Below, in pieces: positions 1 through 10,600 of a stretch of 64,000 nt of DNA (positions are counted from its first letter, which is position 1; each line of letters opens with the position of its first letter). A program made the position numbers and the translations under genes. The DNA is from Octopus sinensis (Eukaryota), in contig NC_042997.1 of the NCBI RefSeq assembly GCF_006345805.1, forward strand, positions 156,240,001 through 156,304,000. Direction: 5' to 3'. The notes beneath the pieces are model-generated. The model was not told the DNA's origin. It saw only the letters and a program-made list of their open reading frames with translations, and made no database searches.

Positions 1-2
1 AC

Positions 3-573
3 TACTAATTACTAATTTGATATTTTAATTGCTTCAGTCAATGAAATGCAGCCATGCTGGGGCACAACCTTAGGAGTTTAGTCAAACAAATCAAACCCAG
101 TAGTCAAGTGATGGTGGTGAAAGGATGAACACAAATACAGAGAGACACATACATATATGTATGATGAGCTTCCACACAGTTTCCATCTACCAAATCCAGC
201 TTGGGGCTATAGTAGAAGACACTTGTCCAATGTGTCATGCAATGGGACTGAACCTGAAACCATGTGGTTGCAAAGCAAACTTCCTAACCATACAAACATG
301 CTTTGCAACCACATGGTTTCAGGTTCAGTCCCATTGCATGACACATTGGACAAGTGTCTTCTACTATAGCCCCAAGCTGGATTTGGTAGATGGAAACTGT
401 GTGGAAGCTCATCATACATATATGTATGTGTCTCTCTGTATTTGTGCTCATCCTTTCACCACCATCACTTGACTACTGGGATTGATTTGTTTGACTAAAC
501 TCCTAAGGTTGTGCCCCAGCATGGCTGCATTTCATTGACTGAAGCAATTAAAATATCAAATTAGTAATTAGTA
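3..573. repeat. Near-perfect inverted repeat of a SINE fragment (arms 3-277 and 299-573, 21-bp spacer)
   Basis: Arm 2 is the reverse complement of arm 1 with 2 mismatches by eye (95/481, 129/447). ORFs 157..369(+) and 207..419(-) give the same first 40 aa. Confidence 0.97.
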
Positions 574-961
574 TTCTTGTGCTAGTGAGAGTAATTTTAG
601 AAAAAAATTACTTTCTTTTACTTCATTATCATCTACCTCATTATCATCTACATGGGTACAAGTTGTTGACAGACAAGCAAAGGTGTCTCTGATAGGATTT
701 AAACTCAGAATTTGAAAGAATGAAACTAAATCCTGTTAAATACTTAGTCTGGTGCTCCAGCACTTTATGCTAATATATTTCCATCAAATAAAAAATTTGA
801 CAATTGTAACATATTTTTATCTTCAAACATTTACTTGTATTAGTTACTAGACTGTGACCATGCTAGTGCACCTCCTTAAAGGGTGCAAAAATTAATCAAA
901 CATTTTTTAGGGGTTCAGAGCACAGAAAAGGTTGAGAGTCACTGCCCCAAATTATGCATAC

Positions 962-1003
<42 letters not shown>

Positions 1004-1004
<1 letters not shown>

Positions 1005-1280
1005 GGTAACTAGAATGTGGAATCTAAAAACAGAAACAATTCCTATCATAGTAGGTGCATTAGGCATGATAAAAAAATATTCAGACAAATACATAACAAA
1101 AACACCAGGACTTACAAACATATATAACATACAGAAAATTGCACTACTAGGCACTGCACACATCCTACGCAGAACACTTTCCATACAGTAACCATCAGAG
1201 CATCACAATAAATCACAGACACACAGAGCTGCGCTTGGTAGTGAAGTGAAAGCACGTTATAAAAATAAAGCTACTGAATG
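1004..1280 (+). mobile_element. 5'-truncated R4/Dong-like (RLE-type) non-LTR retrotransposon 3' end inside a (TAA)n tract
   Basis: Translates RMWNLKTETIPIIVGALGMIKKYSDKYITKTPGLTNIYNIQKIALLGTAHILRRTLSIQ* (stop 1189-1191). IPIIVGALG and QKIALLGTAHILR match the RLE-domain C-terminus. (TAA)n lies on both sides. Confidence 0.85.
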
Positions 1281-1410
1281 ATAATAATAATAATAATGAT
1301 AATAATAATAATAATAAGAAGAAGAAGAAGATTATATAGGACTGAGGTAACTCCTCCAGAAGTTATAGAGATATAAATAGAAGAGTGCCATAGTTATCAT
1401 GTGAAATTAG

Positions 1411-1453
1411 TTGAACGATATTTCGGCATCTAGCATGCCTTCCTCAGGTTCAA
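1411..1453 (-). ncRNA. Minimal type I hammerhead ribozyme, intact core
   Basis: Minus strand reads UUGAAC-CUGAGGA-A-GGCAU GCUAG AUGCC-GAAA-UAUC-GUUCAA. It has a 6-bp stem I, CUGANGA, a 5-bp stem II, GAAA, palindromic AUAU stem III and an AUC cleavage triplet. Confidence 0.85.
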
Positions 1454-1708
1454 AAATTACATGTCAGTCTACTTCAATTTTTTTTGTTAAGATTATATAG
1501 GACTGAGGTAACTCCTCCAGAAGTTATAGAGAAATATATAGAAGAGTGCCATAGTTAATAAATAGCTAGATGCCGAAATAATGTTCAACTAATTTCACAT
1601 GATAACTATGGCACTCTTCTATTTATATCTCTATAACTTCTGGAGGAGTTACCTCAGTCCTATATAATCTTAACCCCAAAAAAAAAGAAATAGACTGAAA
1701 TGTAATTT

Positions 1709-1751
1709 TTGAACCTGTGGAAGGCATGCTAGATGCCGAAATATCGTTCAA
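1709..1751 (+). ncRNA. Minimal hammerhead ribozyme, core variant CUGUGGA
   Basis: Same 43-nt motif as 1411-1453 except A6 is replaced by U. Confidence 0.7.
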
Positions 1752-3062
1752 CTAATTTCACATGATAACCATGGCACTCATCTATTTATTTCTCTAATGA
1801 TGATGATAATAATAATAATGATGATGATGATGATGAAAATGATGATGATGATGATGACGATGATGAAAATAATAAAATATAATAATAATAAAAAAAATTA
1901 ATGATGCAAAGAGGAATTTCAATTTTATTATAGTATTAGAAAAAAATCTGAATAAAATAAAATCTGTTATTTTAAAATAAAAATATAGTATACACCAAAT
2001 ATATATCACAATATATTAAAATGTATTAATATGAGATACTAGTTTCATTATTGATATTTTCCTGTTGTTTTTGTTGTTTTTACTTTTGTAGTAGGAATAA
2101 TAGTAGCATATAACAAAGTAGACCAATTCCTGCCTTCAGTGTTAACCAGCTAAGCAGCAGAGAGGTATTGATGAAACTCCAGAGAATTAATACTGAATTG
2201 ATTTGAGACTTTCATGAAAGCTCTGAAGATTAAGCCGCACAATTCAGACAGGAGGAGAAGGAGGAAAGCTGGTCCCAATAGCCTAAACACATACAGTGTA
2301 GTCATGAAATGAATGGACAAAACACTTCTGGTATAGATTATGCCAAGTCACAACACACAGATAGAATTATACAAGCCTCAAAGAAATCAGTATTGTTTGC
2401 TAGATAAGGTATTTACGCTGCAGTACTTTTGTGTTGAAACAGTATTGAATTCTTTCGACTCCATCTCAAATATTATTGGATAATGTTTTGATCTGTTTAA
2501 ATGTTATTTTATAATAAGCACTTGAGGATAACTGAGACACAAATGAGATTTTCGGTTACCATTGTCATTATTTTCATTGTCATAATTTCTATGATTTTGG
2601 GAATGAAGTCATGTCTAGGTCATTGGAAATATTTTGGCCTTTTGGGACTGCTAAAGTACATATACATACATACTAGATTAACTTCTAATGAGGAGCCTCT
2701 ATGTTTCATTCAAACTGCTAGAAACAGCAACCAAATTTCCAGGAAATCACATTCTAATGTGTTATAAAAAGAAAGATATAAAGAAGAGTAATGTGGTCTT
2801 TATACTGTATCTAAAGCTAAAATAAGTGGATAATAATGATTGGAACAGTTTTGATTACAGATTAGTTGAATCAGAGCTGATATTGGGGCTAAACAGCAAC
2901 AATAGCTATAGAAAGAAGAAATGGATCATGTGAGGAAGGTCAGACTGACAGGAAGTTAGATGTGAAGTGTTTGTAGGTTCTTCTTAATCCTTTTTGCCCC
3001 TTGTAGATTAAGGGTCTCAAATTAGAAACCAACCAGAGGAGTTTCTGGCAAACAGACATTCG

Positions 3063-3264
3063 ATATCTTTTATGTTTTATTTGTTTCAGTTATTGAACTA
3101 TGGCCTAGCTGGGGCACTGCCTTGAAGGGTTTAGTTAAACAAATTGACCCCAGTATTTATTTAAGTCTGTTATTTATCCCATCAAACTCTTTTACTGAAC
3201 CACTAAGTTATAGGGATGTAAACAAACCAACTCTGGTTGTTAAGCTGTGGTGGAGAACAAACAT

Positions 3265-3309
<45 letters not shown>

Positions 3310-3500
3310 CACGCACACACACACACGCGCACACACACATATGCATATTTATACATGACAAGCATCCACATAGTCTCTGTATACAAAATTCACTCACAAG
3401 ACACCAGTTGGTCCAGAGCCATAGCAGAAGACATTTGCTTAAGATGCTGTGCTGTGGGACTGAACATGTGACAATAAGCTTGCAAAGTGAATTACATAAC
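3063..3500 (-). mobile_element. tRNA-derived SINE family A (internal CA/TA microsatellite); representative of more than 20 copies
   Basis: Shared blocks such as tttcagtc..ggccatgctgg, ctaccaaatccactcacaaggc and gtgggactgaacc recur at e.g. 9100, 13790, 17210, 20760, 26400, 30170, 39600, 48240, 60720 and 62150. Confidence 0.85.
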
Positions 3501-4932
3501 TATGGCCTTCTTCAGACAGCAGAAATAATTAATATTCTTAGTCCTGTTGATCTCTAGGTCATGTTAATCTCTTGGTCATGTTGACATTGAAGCCACTTGA
3601 CTCAAATGTTTAAACTTTGTTCAGTTGTGTAGGTTATGTACTTGACCTCTATAAGTACTATGTTTTGACGGCTGTAAACTAAATTTCTTACTAAAAAGCC
3701 TCAAAGCTCTATCAACTGAACTTGTCGATATCTGACCAATAAAAGAGCTTCCTCAATGCATTCACTGGAGGTGCAAAAAAAACAAAAAAAAGACAGAATC
3801 ATATTTAAATCATACCTAAGTACCTTAGGAAGAAGGTCATATTGGAGAATGTTGTCTTAGATATATTGTCTGAAAAACGAAAAAAGACAGGGAATAATAT
3901 TATCATGCTTGAGACACTTTTGATCATAGGTTTACTGGATTTGAGCTGACTTGGGGCTAAAAGATCAACAATAACAACTATCACTACCAAAACCATTACA
4001 ACCACCACCACTGTTACCTTGAATCTGACCACCACATCACCATCACCAACAACAACATCAACACCACTAACATCATCCTCACTAATGCCAACACTATGAG
4101 ATAGCCCATCATCATCACTGCTAACAACATACCTGAGCTAATAAGGGAGCATTGACATGATTGGGAAAGGGGTGAGGGGATGGATGTAAAAAATACAAAA
4201 CAAGGGTTGAGGAGTGGATGTAGTGAATGGTGGACAAGGATGGAGAGGTGATCAAGAATACATATGAATTGGGGGAAAGGTTAGGGAAAGTAAGTGATGA
4301 CTGACAGTACAGACAGGCTGAAAATCAGAATAATAGTAATACAGTAGACAGGAGAAGGATGAAAGAAAGGGAGCTGACATGTGAGTGGATAGGTTGAAAG
4401 AATGTGAGGGAAGAAGCAGGCAGAGCATGAGGAGAGTGAAAGATAATTTGGTGGTGTAAAATGGTGATTAACGATCCTTTCTATTATCGGCACAAGGCCT
4501 GACATTTTGGGGGTGGAGGCTAGTTGACTGCATCAACCCCAGAGTGTAACTGGTACTTATTTTATCAACCCTGAAAGGATGAAATATAAAGTCGACCTCA
4601 GTGAATTTGGACTGAGAATGTGAAGTAGGACGAAATATTGCTAAGCATTTTGCCCAGCATGCAAATGATTCTGCCAGTTTGCCATCTTAATGGTGATTAA
4701 TAATAGAATAAGTCAATAATGGCTTCAAATTTTGGCACAAGGCCAGCAGTGTTTGAGGGGGCTGGGAAATCATTTACATTGATTTCATTTCTTGACTAGC
4801 ACTTATTTTATTGACACCAAAAGGATGAAAGGCAAAGTCAACCTTGGTGAAATTTGAGCTAAAAATGTGAAGATGGACAAAATGCCCCAACAAATTTGTC
4901 AGGTGAGCTAAATGCTCTGCCAACTCACTGTC

Positions 4933-5044
4933 ATTGGAAAGTATACTAAGAGATGAACATGCAAGCTTCCATCTGTTATAAGATTGTAGGGATTAACTAT
5001 TATTGCTCAGGCATATTATACAACAGTATGTTTATTTCAGACAA
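4933..5044 (+). repeat. 112-bp ectopic copy of the degraded RTE segment at 14616-14727
   Basis: 3 substitutions in 112 bp. Both copies read LESILRDEHA(G/S)FHLL*DC(S/R)D*LLLLRHIIQQ with the same two stop codons. Confidence 0.9.
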
Positions 5045-5993
5045 TAAGTGTGTATTTGATGCAATTAGAAAAACAATTCCACCAAAAGATGGAATTTATT
5101 TGGGGAAAATACTACAGAAAAATACATGGCTGTATTGGTTATTGAGGATCATTTTAAGGGTGATGCTCCAGCTTGTCCCTAGCTAGAATGGTAAGATAAA
5201 ACTAAAGAACATATAAAAAAATGTTACTATTCATGATGTAGTAACTTAGGTATTTTGATGAAATGGTACTTGATTTTAGCTAAGTGGACAGAGGTCTCTA
5301 AAATAATGTACCAAATCAAATATGATCTTGGAAGGTTCATGAAAAATGAGATTATAATTTGTCAGATGAGAAATATAAATTTTCAATAAATTTAGAAAGT
5401 TACTATGAATTAAATAAAACCTTATAGCAAATGAATATATATTGACTTCTTACATAGATGAAAGGTCACAGAGTCATAGAAGGGGAAATGTAATATTTTT
5501 GTTTTAATAGCTTGATCTGGAAGAGGCTGTGTCCATGACTTTTGCAACTCTGATAAGATTAGCAGTATTAATGCTCCTGTTGAACAGTTGCAGCATGATG
5601 GCTGCAGAAATTCGATTTAACATGTAACCAAGAGTGCTGTCTTCATATTTAAAAGCCAAATTACTTCTGGGACAGCATGACAGAACAAGAACATCCTACC
5701 CCTCTCTCGCTTGCTCACACTCTTTCCCTCATTTCCATACATGTTCCCACTGACACTCATATATATACCCTTTTATGTCTTTATCTCAGTTATTCTTTAA
5801 TCTTTTGTCTACCAATCACCTCAGTAATATTTCTCACTCTCTCTTTGCTATTATTCTTTCTTCCTTCTGTTTCACACATTGTTTCCTTCTCTCACAATGT
5901 TCTGTGTGCACTTGCATGTTTTAAAGGGAAAAAAATTGTCCACTAAATCAGAAATCTTTTAAGTAGAGAGGCTTTTAAACGAAGGGTTCTCTT

Positions 5994-6030
5994 TTGGAGT
6001 CAATACCATCTAAGATGGTATTGACTCCAA
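5994..6030. repeat. 37-bp perfect palindrome (18-bp arms, 1-nt centre)
   Basis: ttggagtcaataccatct-a-agatggtattgactccaa. Confidence 0.97.
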
Positions 6031-7279
6031 TGACACATGACTTGTTTGTACATTCCATTTTTGGTTGGTTTCTATGGCTGGATGCTCTTTTGATTAGCAA
6101 CCACTTTACTGAGTGTTAGGTCTGTCATGAACCCTAGGGCTAATAAGATTGGAGTCTAACCTAGTTTCTATGGAGTATAGGCAACTGAGATCATAACACT
6201 CTCTCTCGAACAGGTTGCCAATCTGTCACAGGGTTGACTTCTTAGCTATTGCTGGAACTTATTTACAGCTGAGTGGATTGGAGCAACATGAGATGAAGTG
6301 TTTTGCTCAAGAACACAATGCACCATGCAGTCTGAGAATCAAAACCATCATCTTATAATAATGAGTGCAACACTCTAACCATTAGACTATGTGCTTTTAC
6401 CTGAATGTATTGAGTGTATTTATTGCAGCATCTCAGTGTATTTACTGTGGCATCAGCACTGTAGAAGATATCATGTCTTTAACAAAGCTAAAGGGTCCTC
6501 TTGATCTTATATTGTTTCTGCATATTCACCAACCATTTTGCAGTGTACTGGGTACATGCATTTTATCATGGTACCAGCACTTGTAAAGTTGCCTTGTCTA
6601 CTGTAAGACCAAAGAGTCTTCACAACATTGTTATGTGTTTATTTGCTCATTTCAACATAACTCAAAAGATGGATGAGAGAAAGAGAGAGAGACAGACAGA
6701 GACAGAGAGAGAGATGGGGAGTTATAGAGGTGGATATTGGCAAGAAAGAGTGAAAGAGGGTGTCAGTACGCTAAAAAAAGACAGAGAGATGATTGGCAGC
6801 ACAGAAGTGATGGTAAGGGTTACGGGTACTACCATCCTTAGTTACACCTGTAGCATAATACAGTGAATAGAAGTGAAATAAGCTGTAGAGAGACAGGTGT
6901 TACAGAGATGTGGTGACAGAAGGATGTGTTATAGAGAAAGTATGTTGAAAAAATGTGTGATACAGAGACTGTGGACACAGCAGATGTAGAATTGATATAT
7001 TGGTTGAAAACCCAAATGGATATGCTTCATGTAAACATATATCTAAATATTATGCCACCCAGCCTCTATCATAATCATCACTTTTAATGTTCCATTTGCC
7101 ATGCTTGCATGGGTGTTAGGGTCTTTTCCAGTGCAGTATGTTAGCAATCCATGTGGTTCTTTATCATCTCCTTAGTGAACTGCAATATCTTGAGATCAGA
7201 TTCCACCACTTCATCTTCCTCTTTCATAGATTCTATTAACTTAGAGTTCTCAGTCCATTTTTGAAACACCTATCATATA

Positions 7280-8553
7280 TTGGGTCATCAAATAAATAAT
7301 GTGATTTTTACAATTGCATGAACTAAGAGTCAGAGAATGACAGGATAAACTACCTGCATCAACTTACTATAAAAGCAAGTACTAATTTTACCTTGTACTT
7401 ATTCTTAGTGCAGGTTTTGAAGAGTGCAGTTCAATTTTAACAGTTATTTTTTCAAAGCTATAATGGAAGTGGCAAAGGAGCATATTCAACATATTTTGCC
7501 TTATGAGTTCAATAAAGGCAATAACATAGAAAGTGTGAGGAATATTAATGCAGTATATGGGGATCAGACAATAAGCATAAGCCAGTGTCAACAGTGGTTC
7601 CAGAAATTACAGCCCAGAAAATGAGCCTTGTCCTGGAAGATTTATAGAGTTTGACAAGGACATCCTGCAAACCCTGCTGGAACAAAATCCCATCGTAACT
7701 GTTGAGGAACTAGCAGAGAAGCTTGGATTTGGCTAGTCAACCATTCATTGACACCTGCGTGCCATCGGAAAAGTCAGGAAATTAGGACAATGGGTTCCTC
7801 ACAAACTTTCTGAGTCTAATTGTGTGCAGAGTGTGGATGTGTGCTCTTCTTTGCTGTCACGTCTCATAAATGAATCTTTTTTGGACAAAATAGTGACCAG
7901 TGAGGAGAAATGGGTTCTCTCTAAAAATGTCAAGTGCTGAAGACAGTGAGTAGGGAAAGGAGTAATACCATCACCCAAGGCTAAAGAAGATCTTCACCCA
8001 TGTAAGGTATTGTTATCTGTTTGGTGGGATATGAAAGGTTTAGTCCACTTTGAACTTTTAAACCCAAACCAAATAATAACAAAGGAAATCTACTGTAAGC
8101 AGCTTCAGTTTATTAAGTCGGTGCTGGAAGGAAAAACTACCATCTTTGCTTTCAAGGTGAAAGGTGTTCTTCCATCAGGATAATGCTCAGCCACATACAG
8201 TAAGGATAACATTCCAAAAGCTGGAGCAATTTGAATGGGAAACAATGCCCCACCCACCATATACACTGGATATTGCTCCATCTGATTATCATTTATTCTG
8301 TAGTCTTCAAAATCATTAGGATGGAAAAAAATATAAATTCTGTAGACCAGGTCAGAACAGTACTGGAGGAGTATTTTTCATCATGGACAAATGAATTTTG
8401 GAAGAGAGGCTTTGCAAGTCTACCAGATAGATGGAAGAGCATTGTAGAAAAGGAAGGAGAGTATATTTTAGATTAAAAAAGAACTTTGCTTATCTTAATT
8501 TTGAAAAATAAAAGAAGTGTAAAAAAAACTGCATCTTTTATAGGATGACCCAA
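7280..8553 (+). mobile_element. Full-length mariner transposon, defective
   Basis: TA-ttgggtcatc ... gatgacccaa-TA termini; 1274 bp; transposase remnants inside. Confidence 0.93.
7463..8476 (+). pseudogene. Mariner transposase pseudogene (frameshifts and stops)
   Basis: MEVAKEHIQHILPYEFNKG start; VTSEEKWV, KVLLSVWWDMKG, HQDNAQPH and PHPPYTLDIAPSDYHLF motifs; C-terminal RWKSIVEKEGEYILD*. Confidence 0.92.
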
Positions 8554-8656
8554 TATGTGTGTGTGTGTGTGTGTGTGTGCATGTGCATGTGCATGTGTGT
8601 GTGTGCGTGTGTGCATGTGTAGAAGGTTGAAAAGGAACACACGATTTTGAATATAT

Positions 8657-9010
8657 ATGGGAAAAAAGTCAAGGTAGAAAATACTAAAATAATTTTATAA
8701 AAAAAATTTCAGTACCAGTTTCAGTCATTGAGATTTTTTCAATTGTAAGTATGAAAAACAATTAAATTTTGGTAAAACTAAAAGAACCCACAAGAGTAAA
8801 GAAGGGAGACAGAGACAGGCAGAAACAAGGAAAATGCCCCTTGTATTTGAATACTATGCAAATATTCTTTTAAAAAATTTTCCTTTTAGTTTTACCAAAA
8901 TTTAATTGTTTTCCATACTTACAGTTGAAAAAATCTCAATGACTGAAACTGGTACTGAAATGCTGTTTATAAAATTATTTTAGCATTTTCTACCTTGACT
9001 TTTTTTTCCA
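8657..9010. mobile_element. ~130-bp inverted repeat pair around a ~95-bp spacer; each arm carries a degenerate HHR (inverted Penelope-pLTR-like; MITE is the alternative)
   Basis: 8657-8785 is the approximate reverse complement of 8881-9010. It is flanked by TA-rich sequence. Confidence 0.75.
8919..8960 (+). ncRNA. Degenerate minimal hammerhead motif with U3-A8 core (mirror copy 8707-8748 on minus strand)
   Basis: UUACAG-UUGAAAA-AAUC UCAAU GACU-GAAA-CUGGU-A-CUGAAA. GACT and ACTGGT could be CpG-decayed GACC and ACCGGT. Confidence 0.55.
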
Positions 9011-9014
9011 TATA

Positions 9015-9085
<71 letters not shown>

Positions 9086-9639
9086 TATGTAAATAGGTTC
9101 AGGTATAACTGTGTGTAAAAAATTTACTTCCCAACCATATGGTTCTGGGTTCATTCCCATTATGTGACACCCTGAGCAAGTGTCTTCTGCTGTAACCTCA
9201 GGCTGACCAAAGCCTTGTCAGTGTATTTAGTAGACAGAAACTGAAATGAAGCCTATTGTGTGTATGTGTGTGTGTGTATATGTATATGAATGTATGTATG
9301 TATGTATGTGTATGTGTGTATATGTGTGCATGTGTGAGTGTGTATGTGTGCATGATTGTGTGTGTGTATGTGTGTGTGTGTTTTATCTGCTTGATAACTT
9401 GTGTTGGTCTGTAGTGTAGTATTTGACAAAAAAGACCAATAAAACAAGAACCTGGCTTTAAGGAAAAAGTACTGGAGTTGATTCATTTTATTAAAATCCT
9501 TCAAGGTGGTGCTCCAGCATGGCCTCAGTCTAATGACTAAAACAAATAAAATTTATATATATATATATATATATATAAGCAGAAAAGTAGACAAGTTGAT
9601 ACTAGTTTTAGGGAAATTACACTATTTGATATATGGAAA

Positions 9640-10600
9640 ATGTGTAGGTGGAAATTCCATTTGGAGTACTCTGGGGAAAACTATGGACACATAAGTAGTG
9701 CAGTAGAATCATGGGAAAGTTAACAGAGAAAATAGATTTTGTCTGTAGCAGATGCACAGCGATACACAATAAGAGCACACAGGAAATGGATTTTCTTGAA
9801 TGCTTAGGAGTGGAAGAGAGCATGCTGAAGGTATTGTTGCTAGAATATGAAATAGCTGGAGAAAGTTTGGAGTGTTACTACCTCTATTGGTGACAAATGG
9901 CCTCTCTCTCAGACTAAATCGTAGATTGTATAATGCTTGTGTATGAACAGCAATGTTACATGGTAAGAAAAAAATTAAAAAAAGGTAACGTTACCTTTTT
10001 TAGTCATGCTGACTCATAAGTGCTGATTACCTGGTTTCCATGGCCTATAAGTTCCCTACCTAGATGGGATGCCAGTCCATCACAGGATTACTGATTTTTG
10101 CCAGCTGAGTGGATTGGAGCAACATGAAATGAGGTGTCTTGTTCAAGAACACGTGTCGCTAGGTCCAGGAATCGAAACCATAATCTTACAATCATGAGTC
10201 CAACGCCCTAACCACTAAACTACATGCCTCCACATGCTACATGGTAGTGAAAATGAACCATGAATGCAGAAAGCATGTGAAAACTAGAAAGAAATTAAGC
10301 TAGCATGCTCTGCTGATGTGTAATGTCAGTGTGCATGTACAACAAAGTGAAAATTTACGATGAGAAAAATTGGGCATAAGAAGAACCAAAACAGTGTGCA
10401 AGAGAGAAGACTGTGCTTGTATGGTTATGTTATATGTATGGATAAGGACAGCTGCATAGTGAAGTGCCTATCACTAAATATGGTTGAGAACCCTGAAAGA
10501 GGGAGACCTAGGAAGATGTAGGATGGAGCAGTAAAGACTGACATCAAGATTTTGAGCCTCACAGAGATGACAATGGACTGAGATGATTGGCAAAAAAAAA
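9640..10600 (+). pseudogene. RTE-clade LINE ORF 3' region, degraded, split by a SINE
   Basis: DFVCSRC, WRKFGVLLPLL..GLSLRLNRRLYNAC, MLHGSE, REKLGIR, RGRPRK and EMTMD remnants. Confidence 0.8.
9966..10233 (-). mobile_element. tRNA-derived SINE with 13-bp target-site duplication
   Basis: atgttacatggta (9953-9965) and atgctacatggta (10234-10246) flank it. The tRNA-like head (tagtggttagggcgttggactc..ggtttcgattcc) is on the minus strand. Confidence 0.85.

Larger units (their letters stand above)
1329..1795. mobile_element. Array of ~161-bp hammerhead-ribozyme-bearing units (Penelope pLTR / retrozyme-like): ~1.4 units on one strand joined to ~1.4 inverted units
   Basis: Unit starts recur at 1329 and 1490. 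From 1565 the same sequence runs as reverse complement to ~1795. Each full unit carries an HHR-shaped motif. Confidence 0.85.
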
